Of a DNA stretch of 64,000 nucleotides, positions 1-11,490 are shown piece by piece. The translations under genes were made by a program, and so were the position numbers. Origin of the DNA: Eledone cirrhosa (Eukaryota); assembly GCA_964016885.1 (NCBI GenBank), contig OZ024740.1:368218001-368282000 (forward strand), read 5' to 3'. The number at the start of each line of letters is the position of its first letter. Position 1 is the first letter of the stretch. The notes under the pieces are model-generated. The model saw only the letters and a list, made by a program, of their open reading frames with translations. It was not told the origin of the DNA and ran no database searches.

Positions 1-36
1 ACAATGCATTGGATATTTTTTCACGTTATCTTTTTA

Positions 37-228
37 GGTGGATTGGCAGTATCAGTAGAGGGTCGGACGCCATGCTTTCCAGCATAGAGTTACGTGCCTT
101 TTCGGACTGAGTTCAAATAAATCCCTCGAAGGTTAACTTTGCCTTTCCTCCTTACGGGGTCGATAAGATAAATAACCTGTAATGTACTGATTAATTTCTG
201 GTCTTGTGCCAAAAGTAGAAAGAATTAT
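37..228 (+). mobile_element. tRNA-derived SINE (recurrent family in window)
   Basis: A-box-like tggcagtatcagg, B-box gagttcaaat, core aactttgcctttc.tccttacggggtcgataa shared with the other copies; flanked by a ttatcttttt direct repeat (TSD). Confidence 0.85.
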
Positions 229-388
229 CTTTTTGACAGTATGCAGACAATAAAGGCCAATCAAACTTCATACTCAGTTTTATATATATATCTTTCTCCA
301 TATAATGTAAGTACTAATACTTATAGGAATGTGGTAATAAATGAATACCGAGTGGCGACTAATGGCTAAACTATAACTAGGGGAAAAC

Positions 389-1200
389 CTAAATATGGAA
401 TGTTACGCGATGCCACACACTCACAGCCCCGGCGGACAGAATGGAGTAGGCGTTCCCACGGAGGAGGGCAAGGGAGACGCGCTGGAAAAGCCACTCCAAC
501 TCGCGAGGTTCACACCTGCGGCTAGCCAGCGCAGCGCCTATGGTGGTGAGTAGGGAGGTAGCCTTAGGGCCGAGGACACTAGAAGTCTCCACTTCCAGGG
601 GTACAACCGCAAACCTGTCGGAGAAGGTCCTGTATTTGAGGAGTTTGGCCTCCTCAACCCGACGTGCAGCAGAAACTGGGTTAGTCGCAGACTGCACCAG
701 TTGCGGCTGCAGAAAGTGTCGGTGCAAGTAGCATCTCAGACGAGGTGTTTGCCACCGCGGAACGGGAAGATCGTCATGCGACCTGGCCTTTTGCCGTCCC
801 CTCCGTCCAGCCACACTGGCTCGAGCTGAGGGCAGCATGGCGTGGAAGGCGGCCGGCACTGTGGTGATAGGAAAGAGGGTGTAGGCCGAAAGAGTCCACA
901 GTGGATCCGCAGCGACATTGGTGTGGATCGCAGAGCCGGGGGCCGAGCCTCAAGGAAACGCCGATGCGCAGGCTATTGTTGTTTAGCTGCCTACAAGTAA
1001 AGAAGGTGGCAGGGCATGGAGCAAGGCACCACTGTGGGGTTTGGAGGCCACACGAAAGCAGGTAAGGCTGTGCTGGTCGAGCTGGTGCGTGAGGCTGCCT
1101 GAAGTGCTTTCGAGGGACTTGACGTCAACAGGGGTAGAAGGAGTAGGGACGTCTACTAGGCTAAGTCCCAGCCGATCCCACGGCCCCGCATTCTCTGAAC
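389..1200 (-). mobile_element. CRE-clade non-LTR retrotransposon 3' fragment (zinc knuckle + restriction-like endonuclease), decayed
   Basis: Reading across frames gives LRLG..CDPHQCRCG.TVDSFGLHPLSY..SAGRLPRHAAL, GDGKRP, WDATCTDT, VPLEVET and FQRVSLALLRGNA; paralogous to 18180-18790. Confidence 0.8.
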
Positions 1201-1514
1201 ACAGAGGGTTCTAAATATATTCTTCTTCTTCTTCTTTTTCTTCTTCTTCTTCTTCTCCCTTCTTCTTCTCCTCCTTCTGCTCTTACCATCTGTCCCATCT
1301 CTTACTATCTATACTCCTATCCATCTTTTTATTTATTGTCTTTGCCCTGCTATTCACCCACTTAGCGACCTTAAATGACATTTGTGCATAGAATTCCACT
1401 ATTTTCCTCTAACATTTGTATCAATCTAAGTTGGCAATCCGGATCATATATTTATATGGTATATCTATTTTTATATCTGCCCTGTTTATATACTATCAAT
1501 AAGGATTCTAACTT

Positions 1515-1642
1515 CATTGTTTCCGAAGAAGACGGTCTGATCGAACCTATATATGAGGTTTGATATTATAGAGTTATATAACTGCTATAGATCAGACAAT
1601 ATATCTATATAATCGAACCTTCGAAATGATCGTAAAACAATG
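1515..1642 (+). ncRNA. Type I hammerhead-ribozyme-like motif with long stem II (degenerate core), in a Penelope-like terminal repeat
   Basis: Stem I cattgttt/aaacaatg; core ccgaaga (CUGAnGA variant); gaaa at 1623; near-palindromic stem III tgatcg; GUA triplet. Confidence 0.55.
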
Positions 1643-2457
1643 ATATGAATAGGTAAAATAACTTGACTTTGTCGCTTCTATATTCCTTTGATACAGAGTC
1701 AGGTATTAGGTATTAAATTAACAACGAAAATAAAAGCGACAAAGTCAAGTTATTTTACCTATTCATATCATTGTTTTACGATTCAGCGAAACTCAGAACA
1801 TCTCTATGGATTTCACTGGATTACTCGCCATCAGATTACATTGAGTTCTATCTACGGTACGGACGCTACCACCGGAGGTAGACTGCACTGAAATATATAT
1901 ATATATATAGTAAAGAGAAAGAGAGTGAGAGAGAGTAGAGAGGTGAAAGAGAAAGATATATATATATATATACTTATATAACAACTAGAAATTGATTAAC
2001 ATATAAATAAACATATGAAACAATCACAGGGGATAATTTTTACAAGTGTGTAAGCACACATAGCTAGGTATTAATTTAGATTAAATTCACTTTCATTTAT
2101 CTTAATTTTGGATATAGTTATGCATATATATATATATATATAAATATATATATAAATTGTTTTGCAAGGTTTTTGATATGAAATCGTGTGTCGAAACAAA
2201 TGTTGTTATACTTGGGGAGGGTCATATTGTTGTAATATTGCCAGAAATAATAACAGAACACACTCACTGTTTGGTCGGCTTTCGCTTCTTTATATTTTAT
2301 ATCTCCATAGTTAATTTATTTATTCATCACTGATTGACCAGCGGTTAAAAATACAGATATAAATTAAATAAAAATGGCGTAGACATTACAATACAATAGG
2401 AGGGAACATAATAGTACCACTGATGATGTTACAGGTGTGCAACGAAAGAACTTTGAT

Positions 2458-2514
<57 letters not shown>

Positions 2515-2539
2515 GTATATGTATATATATATATATATG

Positions 2540-4640
2540 TAATAGGAACGAGTAGGACCCCGACGGCTGAGCTCAAGCCGTTTCGACGGCTAATTCTGGA
2601 CTAAATGAACATTTTTATCCTGGTACATGTATAACCGAGCTTCTAGGGGGTAATTCCATATATGGTAAAAGTGATTGTCACAAGGATTGGTTAAAAGTTT
2701 GTTGTTGAGACACATAATTCTATCATGGCATTTTGTGGAAGGAAGGGGTAGCTGAACTTGCCAGTAGAAGAAAGAGGGAGAGGGAGTGGAGGAAACCCAG
2801 TCGTGCGTTGAAGGTGCCAACTACAGCAGAATCCTAAGGATAGGAGGTCAAGAGAAGTATACTAGGGAGGGAGAGGGGGACTAAGTCGAAACAATAAGTA
2901 AATCAATATGGAGTAAATATATAGAAGAATAATAAGAATGTTAAAAATATAAAAAAAACAATGTCTGGTTACTATTCCCTTACCACAATCATCAAGTCTC
3001 TCACTGGTACTGCCAAACTATAGAAAAGTTGAATAGGTGGGACGGAATACTAGATACGAGATTGTAGTGAAATAATTTTATGAGTTAGAAGTAATCGTCC
3101 AAATCTATCTTACAGTGTCAGGTCAACAAGTAGGGGGCCAAAATACTAAAGAAACTACTACGAAATAATCATTTAGAGTCCCGAAACTAATACGAAATAA
3201 TAATTCAGAATCCCGATACGATATATACGATATATAAGTGTGCCGCTACGAAGCAAAAATTCTAATACAAACTACATAAATGCTCGTACGATATATATGA
3301 AAAATTTGATAAGAAAAATGAATTCAGAATCCCCCCCCCCCCACCCCCACCCACCCCCCAAAAAAATACTGATATACGTGAAACTAAAGCAGAGATACCA
3401 CTAAGAAATGTAGAAAGCATGGAAATGGGGCAGCCATCGGATAAGAAACCAAGTATCTGGGGTCTATCACATCTGCTATAAAAAGCGGAGTCGGCCAATT
3501 CTATCATAGAATAGAGGATGGGGTGGGGGTACTGAGGCTACAAAGGACCGAAGGGCTGCCGCGGGGTGGGCGAGAAAGTGAAAATGACGACGATAAAGAA
3601 GGAGAACTGAGTGGAAGGACTCGGAAAGGATGGGGGAAGAAGGAAATATAGAGGAAACGATAAAAAAATACATAAGATAATCTTACGTCTACCTTTGCAA
3701 ACAGGGGTACCCATTACAAAGTCGGCAAGTGGGGTGTTACAGCCCTTGTCTACCCCCCCCCCATCCCGGTCATTATGGGGTTTGAGGGCGAGGTAAGTCC
3801 TACGCAATCTGTGTTTGCATGCAGTTACCAGTTCGTCTTTCTTGTTTAGGAGTTGGTCCGTCGAAAACAACATTTGTAATGTTTCCTCCGAGTATAAATT
3901 ACACGGACGGCGTCCTCCCGTGTAAGAGTTGGCTCTGGACAGTAAGCTCCAAGTGAGATCATAGGTTATATTGTTATCTTTGAGGTCCCAGATGTGGGCC
4001 GAAAGTGTGGTGGCGTGACGCAGGGCCGGGTTTCGGAAAGTATGTCTGTGTTGGTATAGCCGGGTCTTGAAGTCACAAGCGGTTAATCAAATATAAGCTT
4101 TGTTGGAGGTGTCCGTCCTCACGTTGCACTGGTAGATCACATTACGATCGCTGCATCTGCTGTGGAGGGGGCAAATGGATCCATCAGGACAGCTGCATCG
4201 GCTCTCCACTGCTATTTAGGTTATTTCTTCCATAGCGGTTGAGTTTTTTGTTGTTAGAGGAGACGATGTTTTGTGCAAAGTTAGGTGTGGTGCTGTACGA
4301 GAGTTTGATGGTATTTTTGTTGATTATGTTGTAGTAGCGGTGTTGTAGTGGGAAGTGTTTTTCGATGAGCCTAAAGAAGATTTCCCCGATAGCTGTTGTC
4401 ACCTCGGCGTTGACCAATTTTTATGACAATCACTTTTACCATATATGGAATTACCCACTGAGAAGCTCGACTATTCCTGTACCAGGATAAAAAATTTCAT
4501 TTAGTCCAGAATTGGCCGTCGAAACGGCTTGAGCTCAGCCATCGGGGTACTTCTCGTTCCTATTACCCACTCTACTACCATAAGTATTGAGTACTATGGT
4601 GCGTTATGGTCCAACTGGTTCCTTACCACATTTCCTTCGT

Positions 4641-4641
<1 letters not shown>
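2540..4641 (-). mobile_element. 5'-truncated Penelope-like element (Naiad-type GIY-YIG end) with inverted terminal repeat
   Basis: 3780-4415 (-) encodes KHFP..NKNTIKLSYS, CSC..CPL..C, VIYQC..AYI*, LSAHIWDLK, CNL..EE, LNKKDEL..CKH; 4416-4641 is an inverted copy of the terminus at 2540-2690; both ends run into (TA)n. Confidence 0.85.
4452..4549 (+). ncRNA. Hammerhead-like motif with full stem III and extended stem II (inverted copy at 2557-2652, minus strand)
   Basis: taccc/gggta stem I; ctgagaa core variant; gaaa-cggct-tgagctc-agcc(g/a)-tc; core imperfect in all copies. Confidence 0.55.
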
Positions 4642-4730
<89 letters not shown>

Positions 4731-4737
4731 CATATAT

Positions 4738-4843
4738 ATGATGGCTGCCCCCTCGTTATCGAGTATGGCCATTGCACGAGAAGAAAAAAAAAATAAAATA
4801 AAATAAAATAAAATAATAATAATAATAATAAAAAAAAAAAAAG

Positions 4844-4920
<77 letters not shown>

Positions 4921-7900
4921 CATACATATATACATACACACATACATACACATACACACACACATATACACACACACACACATAGATTAATAACAATAAT
5001 AATAATAATAATAATAGCAATAATAATAATAACGACAACAACAATAATAATATACATATTCATATATATACACACACACACGCACGCACATAAGCATATC
5101 TACACACACACACACACGATAACAACTAACAGTGCTGCGATCGATTGTGGCTTTTTAGCCCAGCCAATGATCTACAATATCTTGCACATAGTCGGCAACC
5201 AAAACTTTCACTGGGAATAGTCGGCTGTGGTTGGAGTTCGTGTACTTTTGCATGTCGCTTGAGCCCTCCTGCTGATTTACATTCTCTACCACATGTTTGG
5301 CAAGCATGATGAGTAGCATCTCCAACAGCAGCTTGGTAGTCAACCACTGGTTTTACTTTATGACTGCGAAGATGACTTTCGAGTCCAGCTTTGCTTAGGC
5401 ATAGTCTCGCACAGACGCTGCATGTCAGCACCATAGGAGGACCCTTGCCGTCTGGAAGTGCAACAGCAATGCCCTTCCTCACATCCCGCTTTACTTACTC
5501 GTGTGCGATTCGAGATGCCTCAAAGGTAACTTTTCCCCCATATACAGTCTTTCTCCATCTATTACGATCAGCAGCAATATTTTCCAATGTATCAGCAGAG
5601 ATGTTAGCGTCTTTCAGAGAGGCTTTCAAGGGATCCTTAACCTCTTTTTTGGTTTATGTGGCGGTCGATTTCCTTTAACCAACTCTCCATAGAAGATTTG
5701 CTTTGGTATTCTAGAATCCTTCATCCTGGCAAGGTGACCACTCCAACGGAGTCGTTGCTTAAGCACAAGAGCTTCTATACTGTCACACATAGAGCTTTCC
5801 AAAATCTCGACATCACTGATGGGGTCCCTCCGTTGAACGCCATGGATACGTCTGAGACACATCTGATGGAAACGCTCCAATTGCTTAAGGTGGTGTCGAT
5901 ATGTGACCCAGGTCTCGCAGGCATAAAGAAGACAAGAGAGTACACATGCCCTGTGCACCTTTACCTTTGTCCTCCTGCATATGTCTCGCCGACCCCAGAG
6001 TCGCCTTTCTAGCTTTCCGAAAGCATCACTTGCTTTCCTAATCCTAAGTGAGATTTCACTGTCAAGGTTTCCGTATCGATTGACAGTGCTTCCCAGGTAG
6101 ACAAACTGATCAACCACTCCAAGTCGTTTGCCATACACATAGATGTTTGGTTCAGTGTACTGCTTACTAGGGGTAGGTTGGTACATGACCACGGTTTTCT
6201 TGAGACTGACAGTCAAACCCAGGGCAGTGCAAGCGTCAGAAACTGCATTCAAAATGTGCTGCATATCACTCTCTGTGTGCACTACAAGATCGCAATCATC
6301 TGCATACAAGAGGTCTCTTATGATTGATGTAAATACTTTTGTCTTCGCAGCAAAGCGCCTGATGTTAAATATGCTGCCTGAGGTTCGATATCGGATGTAA
6401 ACACCATGCTCGCAATTCCTGAATGCAATACAGAAAACCATTGCAAAGTATATGGCAAACAGGGTCGGTCCTGGAATATCCCCCTGTTTCACTCCATTTT
6501 TTACTGAGATAGGCTCCGACATGTTACCTCCGACATTAACCCAAGCCTTCATGTCGTCATGGAAAGACCTAACTAAAGCAAGGAACTTATCAGGGCAACC
6601 AAATTTCTGGAGAACCTTCCATAATGCCTCTCTGTTGACAGTATCGAAAGCCTTTGTCAGATCGACAAAAACCTGATACAGATCCAAGCCTTGTTCAATG
6701 CACTTCTCCTGGATCTGTCTAGCTGAGAAGATCATATCAGTAGTGCCGCGTCCAGCACGAAAACCAGATTGACTTTCAGGAAGAACACAATCTGCAATGT
6801 GTGTCAGCAGACGGTCCAGAAGCACCCTACATAAAACTTTCCCTACGACAGAAAGCAATGATATACCTCTGTAGTTCCCACAATTATTCCTGTTACCCTT
6901 TCCCTTGTACAAGACCACCATTACTGCATCTTTCCAGTCCTCTGGCACGGATTCATTAGCCCATATCCTTCCAAGCAAAGAGTGAAGATGTTGCAGGAGT
7001 CTCTCACCACCATATTGTAGGAGCTCAGCATGTATGCCATCCATACCTGGAGATCTTCCACTGTTCAACTTCGAAATAGCCACTGCAACCTCCACAAGCG
7101 TCGGAGGTTCTGCGAGAGCTACTTTCACAGGACTTTCTGGAATGAGATTAAGGAAATCTTCACTGACGACAGACGGCTGATTCAAAAGATCATCAAAGTG
7201 CTCTCGCCACCTTCGTAGAATTCCCTGTGAGTCACGAAGAAGTTCTTTGCCATCCTTGCTGCGAAGCGGTGTCACCAGAGAAGAAGACGGTCCATAAACC
7301 TCACGCAAGAGACTGTACAACAGCTTTGTGTTATTGGAATCTGACGCAGTTTGTATCTCACCAGCCTTCTCACTCCACCACTGATCCTTCATCTGAGAAA
7401 GACTCCGCCTAACACGTGATTTTACATCCCTGAGCTCCTCATGCAACGTATTCCTCTCCTGTGGTTTTGCCGTCAAGTAGCGTGACAGAGCACGCCTCTT
7501 ATCAGCCAACAAGTCTTCTATATCTACATCATTCTCATTAAACCAGTCCTGATGTTTTCTCTGCACCTATCCCAGAACACGCCTGCCTACATCATAAACC
7601 GACTTTTTAAGGGTCGGCCAATCCTCACCAAGATCTGCAGCTTGCATCTCTTCTTCCAATGTCCTCTTCACATTTTTATCCTTAAGACGAGCAGCATTCA
7701 ATCTTTTGGGCAGGGTAACACCAGGAGCCCGGATTTTACATTTGGTGATTAGTTTCACTTTTGCGCGTACCAGGCGGTGGTCCGTCCAGCACTCAGCTCC
7801 ACGAAGAACACGAACACACTGCACATCCTATCTGTCACGCATCCTGACTAGGACGTAGTCCAAAAGATGCCATTCCTTAGATGCAGGATGCATCCATGTG

Positions 7901-8900
7901 GTCTTGAATTTGTTCTTTTGTTGGAACATGGTGTTGGTAACACACAGATCCAGCTCCTCACACATCTGCAACAGGAGCATACCATTGCTGTTACACGTTC
8001 CCACCCATGCCTTCCGATTACATTCCATGTGTTAAAATCCCTACCCACTCTAGCATTAAAGTCACCAAGCACGATGACTTTGTCTGCCTGAGGGATATTT
8101 CTTAGAACACCTTTCAAGGCATGGTAAAAGGACAGTTTTTCTTCATCGACAGAATTCATAGTTGGAGCATACACACTCACCAGGGTAGCATATCTTCCTT
8201 TGTCCAGCGGAACTCTCATGGACATAAGACGCTCACTAATCCCTACTGGGAATTCTTCTAATTTATTCACAAGTACAGTATTAACAGCAAATCCTACCCC
8301 AGCCTCTCTTCTGGTTCCTTCATCTCTTCCTTTCCAGAAGAATGTATATTCTCCACAAAATTCCGTAAGATGACCATCTCCAGCTAACCTCGTCTCAGAT
8401 AAAGCCACGATGTCAAGATCGTAACGTCGAAGCTCCTTTGCAACAAGAGCGGTCCTTCGTTCAGGACGCTCCAAGGAATCCCTGTCAAGCAGCGTCCGTA
8501 CGTTCCAGCAGCCAAGACTAAATGCCTTCTTTGGCTCTATTACAATGGCACGATGACGAGCGGGCCCAGGCTGTGATAACTTGGGGCCCCTGCCCTTATT
8601 GCCAATGATCTTTTTTGTTCCAGAACCTAAATTGCCAATTATCTCTTTTACATTGTTCTGGAACATCATTGAATAGGCAAAAAAAAAAAAAAAAAAAAAA
8701 TTTGATAATAATAGTAATAATAATAATAATAATAGTAGTACACTATTAATAATTATTAATGCACTCGTGCAATGCCTGTGCGTGACGAATATTTTTAAAG
8801 TGAGGAAAGACTGTGCACTGAGCCAATCCCACTCTCTGAGCGACAGTAGCTATAACCCGAAAAGAAGAAAAGATCAACATCATCGGTAACTACTGAGCCG
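4738..8900 (-). mobile_element. RTE-clade LINE, copy A (APE endonuclease-RT-3x C2H2), disabled by stops and frameshifts
   Basis: ORF pieces at 5126-8669 contain GCWNVRTL, ALSETRL, GDFNARVG, WTDHRL, FVDLTKAFD, GVKQGD and LYADD; near-identical to 41231-45720. Confidence 0.95.
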
Positions 8901-9314
8901 TTTATGAGGCAGCTTATAGATAGGACAACACACGCTGTCTTTTCGTGGGGTAAGTTTTTAATTAATTTTTGTATTCTGAAACATCAAAATACAACAACTT
9001 TTTGGTCACTGGACTCGGGAATGTCACGACAGAAGTTTGTGGAAGTTACACAAATATTTTAGTATATTTTAGCAGAGCAATCCTTATTTATATCTTACAT
9101 TTTACATTTACTTACATCTCAATATAACATGGCTAAAATTCAAATTTTGCAAAGAGAAGAAAACGGTCAAATGAACTAGATACATCTCACTGTCCCCACC
9201 ACCACAATAACGTCTACACTCTCTCCCCACCATCACATGTCATTACCATACCATACCCTATCTAGACTAAAGTCATCGACTTGTTCTCAAACTCTCTACT
9301 CTCTGTTGAATGTG

Positions 9315-9345
<31 letters not shown>

Positions 9346-9699
9346 ATGTATATGTGTGTATATACATCACTCAGTCAAACGACCAGATTTCAACCCCAAC
9401 ATCTACAACAACAACAACACCGGCACTAATGTTTACAGCAACAACAGCTTCAGAATGAACTGAAATGAACGTTTAAAACAACAACAACAGCGGCATCAAA
9501 ACATAAAAAAAGGAAGGGAAAAGAAAAGAAAAGAAAAGGGAAGGAAAAAAAAACAACTCAAAATAACAAAACACACACACACACACGCGCACACAACACA
9601 ACAACAACATCAACTGCCACCACCACCACCACCGCCACCGCCGCCGCCATCACCATCACCAGCGACCGGGCCTTAAGAAAACAACTTTAATAATAATTT

Positions 9700-9840
9700 T
9701 TCTGCTTTTGGCACGGATCCAGCGACTGGTGCAGCGCATCACTGGTACTCTCTTTTGTTGACTCCGTGGGGATAAAGGGCAATGTTGATCTCGGCGGGAT
9801 TTGAGCTCAGAGCGTGGGGAGCCATAACTCTATGCTTTTT
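9700..9840 (-). mobile_element. Diverged SINE fragment, truncated at the RTE 5' end
   Basis: ttttggcac..actggtact..ctcggcgggatttgagctcag..ccataactctatgc matches the reverse SINE consensus; the SINE 5' half is missing. Confidence 0.7.
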
Positions 9841-9944
9841 GCAATCATGATAATACTGGACTGTAATACGATCGGCTTCAACTATACAAACTCTTGAAAG
9901 TCAACAGTTGACATAATCTTGTAATCTTGTATCAGTAATGACGG

Positions 9945-10009
<65 letters not shown>

Positions 10010-10286
10010 CGTGTAAGTGAGTAGAGTAGCGTGTGTGTGTGTTTGTTTGTATGTATGTGTTGCTGTGTGCGCGCATATGTATGCGTGTGTGTGTATGTCG
10101 TACGTATAATGTGTCAATAAGTGAGTTTTATTTTCTTTTTTTTTTGCGCGCGGGGACATAGAAATAATCGGGCTGGATGGCTGATCGCGCAGTTAAACCA
10201 CTGGGAGTGAAGAACCCCTAGCCCTTGTCAGGGCATTCTTCTAGGAGAAGGCATCTCAGGAAACTGGGTTAACTCCGATATAAAAC
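9840..10286 (+). mobile_element. Inverted 5' UTR segment of RTE copy A
   Basis: Matches 41251-41655 of copy B and ends at gatataaaac; copy A body resumes at cggctcag (8900, minus strand). Confidence 0.9.
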
Positions 10287-10538
10287 ATACATATATATAC
10301 ATAGATATATACATACATATATATACATATATATATACATACATATATATACATATATATATACATACATATATATACATAGATATATACATACATATAT
10401 ATACATATATATACATACATACATATACATATATATACATACATACATATACATACATACATATACATATATATACATATATATACATACATACATATAC
10501 ATATATATACATACATACATATACATACATACATATAC

Positions 10539-10612
<74 letters not shown>
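10287..10612. repeat. (TA)n/(ATAC)n compound microsatellite
   Basis: Read directly from the sequence. Confidence 0.95.
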
Positions 10613-10617
<5 letters not shown>

Positions 10618-10812
10618 CATCTGCATTTTTAATTGCTGATTGGCAGATAAATTAACTATGGAGATATAAAAGATACAGAGGAAAAAAGCGAGCCAAACAG
10701 TGAGTGTGTTCTGTTATTATTTCTGGCAATATTACAACAATATGACCCTCCACAAATATAACAATATATATATACATACACATACGTACACACATACATA
10801 CACACACATATG

Positions 10813-10853
<41 letters not shown>

Positions 10854-10870
10854 AAATTAAATTAAGATTG

Positions 10871-10926
<56 letters not shown>

Positions 10927-11264
10927 AATATATGAAACAATCACAGGGAATAATTTGTAAAGTGTGTAAGCACACATAGCTAGGTAGGTAATTAATTAAA
11001 GTTTAACTAGAACTTCAAATATAGATACCTTTTAAAATGATTAATTTCCTTTGTATATATTTATTTAAATAAATTTATTTCACCAATTAATCGGTAAACC
11101 GCAGTAGTTTAATCCCGCGTGGTCACCCAAGGAGAAGATCCAACTATCTGTGTTTACACAGCAAATGCAAATCTGTGAATGACTCGTACCACGTGTTGCA
11201 TTAAAAAAAAAATACACTAATCGCACAGCGTCATCCCGGTGGCGTGAATAGGATTCTAGTGTTG

Positions 11265-11296
<32 letters not shown>

Positions 11297-11421
11297 GTAG
11301 GAGGTGAGTTTTATTGTAGTACAATAAAGCAATGCAGATATCGGATAAGAAGCACTCTACAGTTTGTAGGACTGGAGTATACATAATATAAGATCAAAAG
11401 ATGGTTAAAAGAGTTCCATGT

Positions 11422-11490
11422 ATTCTATTATGCGCATTTCAAAAGCAAACATCATCATGCAATAATATTTGTGTTTTCATCAGATAAAAC
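11422..11490 (-). ncRNA. Minimal type I hammerhead ribozyme, core intact
   Basis: Minus strand reads gttttat-CTGATGA-stem II-GAAA-tgcgca-TA-atagaat; stem I pairs fully with G-U; palindromic stem III. Confidence 0.75.

Noticed and set aside
37-130. tRNA gene
   Set aside because: A/B boxes are present but there is no cloverleaf; it is the head of a multi-copy SINE.
4086-4092. In-frame TGA in the Naiad-type endonuclease as a possible selenocysteine codon
   Set aside because: It replaces the Gly of YIG (GGA to TGA), not a Cys, and the copy also has a frameshift; ordinary decay.
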